A stretch of DNA of 40,286 nt from Sphaeroforma arctica JP610 (taxonomy: Eukaryota). This document shows, piece after piece, positions 13,476 to 24,399 of this stretch. The stretch spans positions 1 to 40,286 of the forward strand of contig NW_014040077.1 of the NCBI RefSeq assembly GCF_001186125.1, written 5' to 3'. The position numbers and the translations under genes are program-made. Each line of letters opens with the position of its first letter. Position 1 is the first letter of the stretch. The notes beneath the pieces were generated by a model. The model was not told where the DNA came from and did not search any database. It saw only the letters and a list, made by a program, of their open reading frames with translations.

Positions 13476-14051
13476 TTATTTGGTTTGAACCGAAATTTGG
13501 AAGCAGTACTTCAACAGCGTGATTAACCCGGGTATAGGGAACATCTGTTGATGTGTCAGAGACGGGTGATCAGTGTTTTCAGTAATTAACTTACTTATGT
13601 GCGTTAGCTTAGTAGTCTCGGACGTAAATTCGGGTTTGCCACTTGAGCTTGCCTTCTCTTCTGGTTCCATCATAGGTTCCTTCTGAGATTTGTTCTTGTC
13701 CCCTATAATTAGGGTCTCCCTAATAATTGGGAACTCTTCTTTCTGAGTTTTGTCAGAAGAATGGGTTGGGGCGTCTTGAGACGTATCCCTTGTCTCACTT
13801 CTTGGCTTCGTAAATGCAAGCTTTGAAGTTGAGGCAATAATTGGCCCTCCGACTCTGTCAGTGGGAGTAGTCTCCTTAATCGGAGTGGCTACATCCTTAT
13901 CTGAAGCATTGTCCTTTTGACTATAATTGTCGGAGGCAAGTGCTTCGGCTACAGTGCGGTTAAACGCATCAGCAGCGGCAGCGATTTCTCTCTCTATCTT
14001 CTTCTTTTCAGCTCTATGCATCTTAGAAGGAATATTGTCTTTCTTGGTCAT
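13476..14051 (-). pseudogene. 5' fragment of gag/ORF1 of gypsy-family element C (truncated)
   Basis: 191-aa low-complexity ORF (MTKKDNIPSK..) starting ~130 bp downstream of LTR 14179-14948. The layout parallels element A, where MTKSNKK follows the LTR. Confidence 0.6.
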
Positions 14052-14178
14052 AATCTTAACCTATGACAACTAGCTTGTCTCTTAAAGGACTAGCTTGGAC
14101 AAGAGAACTTTTGTGGTAGTTAATCTACCTTGACGCTAAAGTAGTCTAAGTAATTAATACTTTTGCTAACTTTAAATG

Positions 14179-14948
14179 TGTAAGATTCGGTCTATTGAGA
14201 CGATATTAACGCCTTAGAGTAAATAAATGCGTAGATAAATTCTAAGTATCGTGAAATTATCAAAGCAAATAAACGAAATGAAACTTTTAGTAAAGTTAGG
14301 TATGCCTCGTGAAAACAGCAATACTCTGAGGGATTGTGAGGCTGAGACATTGCCTATATATAATCCTCTCAGTACTGTTTCCGCCGAAGGGATTTTATTT
14401 AGTGTTTCGTTGTCGCTCTAATAGAAACTATGGTATGTTTCATTGGGGCGAATCTGAGAGACTCATAAAATCCTGTCTTTAGAAACAAAAATAGAAAAAA
14501 AAGGAAAAATACACTTGATGTCCTCAGTTATTGTCTTAACCAATAACTTGCCACTTATCAAGAATTACCGACTTAGCCTTCATCAGACTGGCACATCTGG
14601 TTGGCTGATCGGAGGATCAACTAGGTAACGTTAATAGTCCCTAGAAACCTATATTCGGTTGAGCCATCTCGCTACCGAAGTATTCAGATCTAAATAAAGT
14701 TGGAAAGTAGATATAGTTCTATTAATAGAACTAGACCAACTCTTATGTTTGGTATTTTACTAGGGCCTTTTAATGGCCTCGTCCAAATATCTGATATGTA
14801 AAATGGAAAAGGTATTAATTTATAAAACCTTTAAAACCCATTTAGGAAACTTAAGTTCCTCGTACTATTAAGAGTACATTTATAATTTACGTACTGCTTA
14901 AGAGTACGTTTATAACACAGAGTCTAATGTGGAGGCCCGGCTATTACA
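14179..14948 (-). repeat. LTR of family C (770 bp; 5' LTR of truncated element C inserted in the integrase of element A)
   Basis: TGTAA...TTACA termini. Reverse-complement homolog of 33503-34844 and 35353-36084. TATATATA box near 14355-14362. The right flank resumes the element A integrase. Confidence 0.85.
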
Positions 14949-15240
14949 ATGCAACATCAAACACGTGACAGACATATTTATCCTTCGTGTGTTCGGACGT
15001 GGGTAGTTCAACCAAATCAATGATAACCGGCGCCACGACTCGTCTTCTGATACGCTGCGTAGAGGTGCGTATCCGTAGCGCTTGATCCGGTTAACTTCGC
15101 AGTTGCTACATTCGTGATACACCTGAGATATATATTGCTTGAGGTTCGGGTGTACGATTCCGTACCTCTTGCAATCTATATCAGTTCTAACCTTATCCAT
15201 GTGCTTACGAGCATGATTTTGTCTTAACCACTTCAGAATC
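14949..15240 (-). pseudogene. Gypsy A integrase N-terminus (HHCC zinc finger and start of DDE core)
   Basis: ORF 14910-15554 contains ILKWLRQNHARKHMDK..LKQYISQVYHECSNCEVN..APLRSV..WRR. Truncated by LTR C. Confidence 0.85.
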
Positions 15241-15669
15241 GCCTCCTGTGATTTACTTGTTACATCGAAATCAGGAGGTGAGGATTCCACCGCGTCATCA
15301 CCTGGACTCGAAGACTCGTCTTGTCCAATATCGCCTAAAGCTTTTACATCGTGAATCCGACTAATGTTTGATATATCCATTAGTTGGATCACATGATCAT
15401 ATACCTCGGGAAAGTCATTCATCAATTGCTTAAGCAATCGAGTTTCTGCTTGGTATGCAGTTTCCCTGTCAGACCGTATTTGTTGTAGAAGGCTTTCGCT
15501 AGTGATGCGCTCCTCATTGATTCCCTTGAATTTGGCTGTATCTCGGTAACACATACTGCAGGTGCTTGTGTTGTCCCAGTCTCTGATTGAGACTTAGGAT
15601 TCAAGAGTGGAATCTTGGTTTCCTCCATCTTCTGTTTGAAAGTCTCGGATGGTGTCCACTTGGTTGTTC

Positions 15670-16080
15670 CAACTGGACCTATTCGACATATAATAGTATG
15701 TCGCCAAGGCGTCTTATGGAATGCACGGGTACCCTGGTAGAGAAAAGTATCTACCTTTCTATCTACATAGATCGGCTCACATTGTATCATCGAGATCAAC
15801 TGTGGTAGCCATTTATCTGAGTGTCTTAGGGGACAACACAACGTGATGGTACCATCTTGAATATGTACATAATTTAGCAACTGTGGTATTAATAACCATG
15901 GAGGATTTGCCCAGGCATTCTCATTAGACAAGTCAATCTGGAATCCATCTCCTTTCGGATGTTCCAGTGTCCGGTACCTCGGCAGTTGTGCATTATGATG
16001 AGCGGCAAACATATCTATGGTATGTAGTCCATGTATGTTGTCTGCGATCTTAAACCACCTAGGATTGACCATCCAATCCG
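15670..16080 (-). pseudogene. Dam-like N6-adenine DNA methyltransferase domain (DIRS-type) in gypsy A pol
   Basis: DWMVNPRWF (~16078), IDMFAAHHNAQLPRY (16004-16018 for IDMFA), DGF, WANPPW (NPPW 15896-15907), TLCCP..WLPQL. Lies in the same ORF (15422-16498) as RNase H. Confidence 0.88.
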
Positions 16081-16139
16081 TAGCTAGTAACTCCCTAACC
16101 ATCTTATTAAGTCTGGTACGAAGTGAGACAACATGTCGG

Positions 16140-16500
16140 GTAAGTGATTGTGAATACCCGGTATATGTGTCATGCCACCGACTGACTAACTGTGAGTTAG
16201 GTTTCATCTTCTTTAGGTGTTCCAATGACTTCTGATCACATAGCACATCAAAGTGTGTGCCATATAGATAATCTTTAAAATGAGTGAGTGCAGTAACAAT
16301 AGCCAAAAGCTCTTGTTGCACGGTTGGGTAATTGATCTGAGACGAATTCATAGCTCTGCTAAAGAACTGTACATTTCCCGGTTTCCCATCAATCATTTGA
16401 TACAGAACGCCGCCGAGTGTCATGTCGGATGCATCTGTTGCTACCATAAATGGAATACCATCCTTTGGTGGCTGGACTACTGGTGCCTGTTGAACCACTG
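16140..16500 (-). pseudogene. Gypsy A RNase H
   Basis: FMVATDASDMTLGGVLYQ..FFSRAM..NYPTVQQELLAIVTALTHFKDYLYGTHFDVLCDQKSL. Confidence 0.92.
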
Positions 16501-16537
16501 TTTTGAGCTGCTTAAATGCGTCATCACAGTCTTTGGT

Positions 16538-17330
16538 CTACAGCCCGCCTAGTTTGCCTTTATGACATCTCAAATGTCCAAAGGGCTTTAAATATCTTGC
16601 CAGGTGTGGTACTCTGTTAGACAAAAAGTTCCCGAATCCGCACATGCTGTTGACATCCTTACCCGTGGTAGGAGTTCTCCAGTCTAGCAAGTGTCCGACC
16701 ATCCCGGGATCGATCATGATTCCATCCCCGGATACTCGGTAACCCAACAGTTGAATCTCGTTAACACCGAAGTGACATTTCTTACTGTTGATCTTAAAGT
16801 TGTGCTTGTTGAGTCTGTCTAGAACATCTCGCGCAACCTTGTCGTGCTACTCTTTGGTTTTGGTGAATATCACAATGTCATCAATGTATACTTGTACATT
16901 GTCCATGTCCATAGACAAGTCTTGCATAATTTGTTGAAAGAACGCAGGTAACATGTGTAACCCAAAGGGGGCACCTTTGAACGAATACTGCTGACCCTCC
17001 CAGGTAAAGGTGAAATACTTCCGATGTGGTCGGTAGATCTTCATCTGGTGGTAGCCCTGCGTCATGCCGATAGCGGAGAATATCTTAGCTCCCTCCATGC
17101 GCCTGAGTAGTTCGTTTATCCTTGGTAAGTGAAAATTGTGTGTCGGTATCAAAGCGTTAATTGGGCTCATAACCAAACACACTCGAACTTTCGAAGTGTC
17201 CCGTCAGAGTTGAATTGGTCGACGGCTAAAAGCACTAGGTTGACGGGAGTCGGTTCATAGTTGACTGCGATCACTCCGTCATCTAACCATGCTTCAACCT
17301 GTTCCCGTACGACCTGCTCATGATGCCATG
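16538..17330 (-). pseudogene. Gypsy A reverse transcriptase
   Basis: LPRINELL..IFSAI..QGYHQ..FTW..PFGL..PAFFQ..YIDD (16877-16888), then LGYRVSGDGI..GFGNF. Confidence 0.93.
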
Positions 17331-17579
17331 CAACATAAAAACGTGTAGGACACTTTAGCTTCGAGAAATCTACTCTCGTCAGGTCTAGACTAATGTATCC
17401 GTTATTGAATTTGAATTTAGCCCAGTCCATGATCCGAATCTTGTCATTCTCGAAAATCAAGTCCTTGAGTTTCTCTGTAAAGTGAGGGATCATCTCCTTC
17501 ACAGTTTTCGAAGGTTTACATTCTGGTTTCAACAAATTGTCGTCCGACTGATCCTTCTGTGGTTCAATGTTAGTAGGTA

Positions 17580-17890
17580 AGCCTGTAATTGTGATACCTA
17601 ATGACAATAAATCACCCATACCTACTATGAGATCATAGTCGGCTGAAGTGTTACATATGACTGCCTTAGTAACTGTAGTACGTTGGTCTGTCAATGTAAA
17701 CCTAAGATCGATTGCCATTTCTCTGCAAGTGATCTCTCTTTCATCAGCCAGTTTCAACATAGTTGGCTCTGACCTACGAGTAACGTCTGTGATTTTACAG
17801 AATCTAGAGGATATACATGAAATTTGAGAGCCCGGATCTAACAACGCTTTTATTTCATGTCCGTTAACTCGTACGGCAAGGATTACACGC
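17580..17890 (-). pseudogene. Gypsy A aspartic protease
   Basis: VRVNGHEIKALLDPGSQISCIS..LADE..YDLIVGMGDL. Confidence 0.9.
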
Positions 17891-17939
17891 TCGTCTTGAG
17901 GTGCGTCCTTTTGTCTTATTGACAAGACCCGGTATGTTT

Positions 17940-20717
17940 GTCACTTGACTGCAACTTCTGGTTTCACCTTACACGTATGCTTGTGGTAACCTCCAGTCCC
18001 GGTACAGTCGGCACACTTCTCGATAAAGTGCTTACACTTTTCTGCGTGCCTTCCATTCCATCTGCCATTCGGTTTATGTTGGGTCATTCGTCAATTGCAA
18101 TCAATCTCACTACAGTTCTTGACCTCCCTATGCCTGGGCTAAGGGTTGCCTACCGGCGGTCCATTTCTGTTGGTATGGTTACCCTTAGGGACGACATTGA
18201 TCTTGTTGCTGTCAGAACCATTTATATTTTTGTTCTTATTGCCACCCTTGTCAACCCCTTTGTGTACCTTCTGACCTCCATTAGTGAATTGAGAGTCTCG
18301 ACCATGGCAGATCCTCCGGTAAGATTGCCGTTGATCTTCTTCTGAGCATTAGTGACTTTCACCACGGAATTAGGGCGTTTGGTAAACGTCTGATCCGCTC
18401 TCGAGTAAAATTCTGCCTAGGTTAAGTCCGCTAGCTTCATTATACCGTAGGTAGGTCCCTCGATGGAGATCTCTCGTACCTTGTCCGGGTATGATTGATG
18501 CATATCGGCGTACAGAATCTCTTGATCTCTCCTATGTAGGTTTGACCCAAAGATTGTCTGCACCCATAGTACACACATTGATAGCTTATCAGGTGACATC
18601 TCCTGAGTCTGGGCCCGTGACATGTGTGTGTCCAACTCTAATAAGCCGGTGGTATCATGATCGATACAAGCAATTCCGGTCGAGGGTCCGTCGAAAATAA
18701 GAGGACGATCATCTCACTCTGCTCTTTCCACGTTTTCAGCTTAGTGATCGATTGGTTAGCCTTCTCTAACTTGTTGTACTTGGAAGAGGACGGCTTAAAG
18801 CTCTGCTGCGCTGCTTCGAACCATAGGTTCTTTCGTAGATTGGCTGTAAGCAAAATCTGTCCAAACTCTTTCAAAGACCTAGATAACAACGCCAGACTGC
18901 TAGTATCGATTGGATCCTTTCGGTCTTTTCGATCAGATCTATATGTCGTTGGTAGTTTGCCTATGTCCTTTATAAACTTCTTGCCTTCCACAGCCTTCTC
19001 GGTCTGAATCACTCTTTGTTCTGAACCAATCTTAATCTGGATATACGTAGTCATTGTCATATAACGACTAGCGGCATCAATCCTACCTAGATCCATTGCC
19101 TCGAGTGAAGCTGCCTCGGCCTTGTTCATTTGAACAGTGAATTCAGCAATTTTCAGATCCCTACTTGAGTGATCTGATCCCTTCTTTTCTGATTGCATCA
19201 GACCATGCAGTCAGTTATCTGCCTCATCCTTTGATCCATCGATCTGTTCAATATTAATGAACGCTTCGGATGGGACAGCATCTTTTGTCGTCTTTGGGAT
19301 AGCCGCTGGGGGCGAACTGTCTCCCGATGACGACAAGAATTTTCTCGCTTTCACCTGATCAGGTTTCGGCTCTTCCGTCGGTTTGTCCTTCTGAAATATC
19401 TCTGGGGCACTCTGTGGATTTCCTTCCGGAAATGAATTTGGATTAGACTCCTGTTCAGATGCCATTCGCGACATTGCTGTTGCGTCCAATTCAGGAGAGG
19501 GATGAGTTTCGGGTGATGAAGATCTGATTCTGTTTGCCTCTCCATTGTCTGACAACATCTCGAACGCCAATATGACTTTATAGAGTGCCAAATAGTTTGA
19601 TATCAAGTCGGGAAGATCTACCAGAAGATCCCGAATTGCGTACCAAATTAAGTATGCAAAACTTACATCTCCCCTAGTTCCGAATACCTCCGGCAGTATC
19701 TTTTAAAACTGACGGAAATTTTTGCGTACTTGCTTACCGTCGTCAGTTTTCATTTATTTTAGCCGTTTGTAATATTTGTTATCCCTAAACAAATCGTATC
19801 CAAACTTTCTTACCGCTGCATTCATAACATACCTCGGTGAGATAGTACCATCTAGTTTGGTCTTCAATACGTCCAGAAAGAACGTTCCATACGTATTTCG
19901 AAACAACCATGCCCTGTTGGCCCGCTGTCGGATCAACTCTCGTTGACCCTCCTCCTGAAGATCAATCTGTGCCTGGTATGAATTGCCCAGATCAAAGTTC
20001 TGTCGCCAAGCCGATCGGAGTGGTGTTTTGGGTATACGCAGGAATTGTGAGGCAATCCTGCTGCCCGAATCGTCGTCATGACGGTGAAATGTCTGGTCCA
20101 CATCATCCGGACCTATATCCACGAATCGCATTTGTTCTTCCGATACGTTGATTTGGGGTTGATCCAACAGTGCTGTTGGCGCATCCTCCGAGTCATCCTT
20201 CCCTGATTCGTCCTGACTTTGATCCTTCGCTGCGGCTTGCTTTTTCTTCCGCTGCTTAGTAGGTCTCAAATCATGTACCATTGGTAGGTAGTTCTTCAGG
20301 AAGGCTCTCCTATCTCTTGCTATCATGTGATAAGTAGGATCTCGCCTACGTGCTTTGCGCGTATCCACTGATGGAGATGGTACATCTGATTCCAGTGCAT
20401 GTCGGACTTCCTCTGAAGTTGAGTTGCCCGAGGAATGCGTTTTCTCGACCTTTCCCTTTCGAGATCTCGCCTTCTTCGCTGGTGGCTTCTGTGGCTCCGT
20501 AGTCACATTACCTCCGGATGCACCTATACCTGAGTCAGCCAACTACTTACGTTTTTGTTTAGTCGGAGTTGGTACTGGCGGTCTCGGCGTGATCTCAGAT
20601 ACGTCAGAGTCCACTGATGATGCCGGGGGTGTTTTTTTGCTTTCCATCGCCTCCAGTAAACCAATTTACTTTTGCAGCCTTAGCTACATTCGCTGCCTTC
20701 TTGTTACTTTTCGTCAT
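17940..20717 (-). pseudogene. Long gag/ORF1 region of gypsy A (fragmented)
   Basis: Consecutive minus-strand ORFs 20604-20717, 19754-20542, 19211-19606, 18638-19198, 18417-18635. The last two are conserved with element B (KDIGKLPTTYR..DPIDTS). Cys/His cluster at ~17965-18110. Confidence 0.7.
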
Positions 20718-20748
20718 AATATCGATAGCGTACATAAATTTAAAAATA

Positions 20749-21649
20749 TGTAAAAGTCGGTCTCCTCTAGGCTGACTATACGATATCAATACGTTTACGT
20801 TAATAAGACAATACGATAAACGTTAAAATGCAAAATGTTAAAAATAAGTTTAGCTTCAGCCCTTGGTAGTGAGCAAAAGATTAGGGGATTATAGACTGAG
20901 ACTATTGTCTATATGCTCTGCTCTAATCACTCACTACTTCGGCCTAGATTTATTTATGTTTTAGTTACTAAGATTAGATATCATTTCATTGGACGCATAT
21001 TTACATTTCACGCCTCGAAACAATTATCTACTCAAAATAACCAATAAAATAATCCCTAAGTCCAACTTAAGAAAAGAAAAAAGGAAATCAAAACACCAAG
21101 CTGGTGCAGTATATATCTGCAGCTAAACCCCATCACTTGGTACCTAGCTCCCCATCCCATATAAGGCATAGACGGGCACATCTAGTTGGCTGGCTAGGAG
21201 GAATCAAAACCAGGTTGTCCTAAATTCTAACAACTCTGATCATGTCCTTTTCTCAGTGGATTATCTTGCTCTGAGATTATTATCGATTATACCATAGGTT
21301 TGTACCAACAACCATTTCATGCCTGAGACCCTCTCTCATGGTACTCCCGTTAATTAGAGATTCTCAAGGTGTCACTTTCAGGTGTCAGATTTGTATCATT
21401 CCTATATTCTGTACAAATCTAATTTCAGTGGAAAAAAACCAATCTATATTTGGAAAACCACCTAATTGTCCACAGTAAAGTCCCATACTCTACTGAGTAC
21501 TATCACATATTCAGAATCTTAATATCTCAATTATTGTTCATGTCCAATACATTAAACGTATTCCAGTATTATAAGTATAAACGATAATACGTCAATACGT
21601 TTATAATATACGTTAACTGTGCAACTACTATTAGGAACCCGCTGATGCA
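20749..21649 (-). repeat. 5' LTR of gypsy A (~901 bp)
   Basis: Begins TGTAAAAGTCGGTCT on +, like LTR C TGTAAGATTCGGTCT. Shares blocks GGGATT..CTGAGAC..CTATA and GGCACATCT(A/G)GTTGGCTG with LTR C. Ends ..GATGCA at 21649, where copia sequence resumes. Confidence 0.75.
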
Positions 21650-21769
21650 GGTAAAGTGGCTGGTGGTGAACTTGTGGCTATCCGGGCAGACAGGGCAGAG
21701 ACAGCCGTCGGTGCGGTAGTCGAGCATTAGTGATGGCATCAGCGACTAGAGGGTTATTTTGAAAACGGT

Positions 21770-22690
21770 ATGTCAAGCCAAGATGAGGAGTCTATTTAAG
21801 ATACTGGAGTACGCGAAGGCCAGCTTGCCAATGTTGCTATAACGGGTTGTGCATGTAGCGTGCAGCAATGCGTGTCAACACCGAGGATATTGTTATGTAT
21901 CAATGAGTTCTCGGTATGCACATTTAAATGCAGAACCGGTGCTTTGAGAAACTGGGTCCAATGTGGCGAATGTAGGAGCGGGATGGCAGTTTGTCATGTC
22001 GAATCTCGAGGGCTTTCTTGATCTTATTATCTTGTCTGAGACTGATAGTGTCGTGAGTTGTGAGGACACGAACACTTATTTGCCTTTGCAGGTCGCCGAG
22101 ATCCTTACAACTAAATTCATGTTAGAGAAGAGACTAAACGCCGAGATAAAATTGATGGTGTTACCACAGAAGAATGTTTCCGGGTTTGCCATAAATAGGC
22201 AAAGGTCTGAAGCAGCTTGAACAAACCCCATGGCAAGAAGTTTAGATCGGATGAGTTCGTGCCATAATCGGCTCAGCAGTTTCAGGCCGTATAAACTTTT
22301 CTTCAGTTTCATAATTTGATCATCGGGGAGGCCGGTGGTGAACGAGCCAGAGGGGGTTTTATGTAGATTGACTGGTCGATATTAGCATAGAGATGAGCGT
22401 TGTCGACGTCGAGTTGTTCGGCATGTCATCCGGCAGAGACGGCAATGGCAGGTAGATGCATATGTCTCGTTGTAGTTAGGCAGAATTCGTGTTTTCGACT
22501 AAACCATCGACCATTTTTATCCTACATATCCATTTCCTAGTGACAGTGAAAGCGTCGTCGTGAATGTCATCAGGATGAATGAGTTCACAGTACATGCCGG
22601 CCCTACGAAGACTATCGAGTTCACGTTTGAATGATTCGCGCCAAAGATCAGCATCTTCCCCCTTTATGGCGGCACGGAGGGTAGTTGGGG
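21770..22690 (-). pseudogene. Copia reverse transcriptase (decayed, internally deleted)
   Basis: Manual translation: PTTLRAAIKGEDADLWRESFKRELDSL, QLDVDNA, MKLKKSLYGLK..W..L..MGFVQAASDLCLF, YRELI, HWQAGLRVLQYLK*TPHLGLTY. Confidence 0.9.
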
Positions 22691-22765
22691 TAAGTGGATT
22701 GGAATGTGCGGCATTACCGCCAGTGTAGAGTTTGTGAACCGTTCCATCGTAGAGCGCCTGTTGAT

Positions 22766-23200
22766 AGGAATAAAATTATTTATTTCTAAAAAGATAAGAT
22801 ACAATGTATGTATGTTACAATATATGGCTCTCATAGCCGTTGTAGTGGTTCGGGAAAGATCGATGGGAAGAAGTGGTCAGTAAATTCCCGTTTGAAGCTT
22901 GGGCCAATTGAGTCGACGATGGTGGATATGCGCTGAGTCAATTCGGGCCGGTGCTGACAAAACACTGATACCATCGAATGTACCATGTATTCGCTTGCTG
23001 ACCTACTAAGTAGCGTACCCACCTCTGTGGTACGGATCGGGTCTGCGCCGTGTAGTGCCGTGGAATGTGTTAGTGCAGAGTGCGAAATACCGAGTAGGAC
23101 CATGTTATCCGTCATAATTCGGTCAAGGAGCGAGGATGGGGATGAGCCAATGCCGTACCAGACCACAACGTTTGGGCACTAGAGGGTAAAGAAATGTGAG
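22766..23200 (-). mobile_element. Unclassified insertion X, copy 2
   Basis: Near-identical ORF 22831-23166 to that at 13074-13408. Candidate 7-bp TSD TGTTGAT at 22759-22765 and 23201-23207. Confidence 0.6.
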
Positions 23201-24399
23201 TGTTGATTGGAGTGGCGAGATCGTGTATGTGGTCGTCTTAATCAAGGATGTTCGAGGCTGTGGAGAGCGGCACTGGTGGTGGTACGAGCATGTTGAAGAA
23301 CATCTCGTCTGTACTGTTTGTCGGCTTTGTATTGTTTATGAGCATGTTTAACATGAGCTAATACTCGCTGATATTTATCGCGCAGGGTGAGTTCCTTGGA
23401 CGTGGTGTCCATGGAAGCGTCGGAGAGTGAGGAAGAATGAAGATAGTGAACGTGACGATAAATGTTCTAGAGATCTGTAGCCCAAGTGACGTTTGGAGAG
23501 CGTGTGGGGGGAATGTTGAAAGGCGAGATATCACTGGATTAAGGGAACGGAGGGCTCCCCTGGCTGCTGAGGGGTGGGAAGTGTGGAAGTAGGCTTCCCT
23601 GATTGCTGCGTAGCGGGTGTCATAGAAGGTACCCTGGGTGACTGTGTGGTGAGTAGGGGACCGTCCCCTGGTTTCGTGACATCTGTGGGGGTCAATAGCT
23701 TCCCTGGTTGCATGACACCGGTGGGTGTGGAGGGAATGTGTTGTGCCACTGGTTGGTGAAGGACGGGGAGTGTGAAATTAGGCTCCCCGGGTTGCTGCGT
23801 AGCAGGTGTCATAGGAGACACCCTGGGTGGCTGTGTGGTGGGGTTAGGGGACAATTTCCTGGTTGCGTGACATGCGTGTATCTAACGAGCGCGTTGACGA
23901 GTGATGCGCACGTTGCCCGGTTTGAAGAAGGCCCTTTAAGGTACGGGATGTCCGGTGTTTAGCAAGGTGGCTGGCAAGCAGGTTGTTGATGATATTTTCT
24001 AAAGAAGGGACAGAGGTAGTGATCGAGAAGGAAGGTGTGGGGAGAAGTGGGGTGAGCGATGGTGTGGGAACTGGCGTGTGTGTAGGAAGGGCATAGTCGG
24101 GATGTAGAGGAGATATTGGCGGAGAAGTGATGGGAGCAGGGTGAACGGTGGTGGCCTGGAGTGACGGGTGTTGGAAGTAACGGTGCAGTGCTGTTGGAAG
24201 AGGATGGTGTAGATATGGTATTAGGGTTGAGTTGGAGCGAAAGTGTAAGTTTGCGTATGGTGGGGACATGGCGGACGGGGTATGGAAAAAGGGACTGGCG
24301 TCGTCCCAGCCATGGTCCACGTCGGGAAGAGTTCTTAACATCGCGGGAACGGCATTTTTTCTTCTTCCATACTTTAGACTGAGAATGAGGAAATCGTCA

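Larger units (their letters stand above)
14949..21649 (-). mobile_element. Ty3/gypsy LTR retrotransposon A: 5' LTR-gag-PR-RT-RH-adenine MTase-IN (3' truncated)
   Basis: PR ALLDPGSQISCI, RT GYHQ..PFGL..YIDD, RH VATDASD..QELLAIV..CDQKSL, MTase IDMFA..NPPW, integrase H-x3-H..CxxC. RT-RH-IN is the gypsy order. Broken into several ORFs. Confidence 0.92.

Noticed and set aside
14179..14948. LTR C as the 3' LTR partner of element A
   Set aside because: It is only patchily similar to 20749-21649, interrupts the A integrase, and is followed by its own gag-like ORF.
17938..20753. Plus-strand ORFs overlapping gypsy gag/pol (also 37614-38054, 38948-39457)
   Set aside because: Antisense shadows of the minus-strand coding sequence with no recognisable motifs.
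14949..21649. Classifying A/B as DIRS elements because of RT-RH-MT
   Set aside because: They have an aspartic protease, HHCC/DDE integrase and a TG..CA LTR (related LTRs show TSDs). No tyrosine recombinase was seen.
23531..23854. Pro/Thr-rich repeated peptide (PRVxxMTPATQQxGxP) as a separate gene
   Set aside because: Lies in the variable IN-RT linker of copia pol; internal duplication only.
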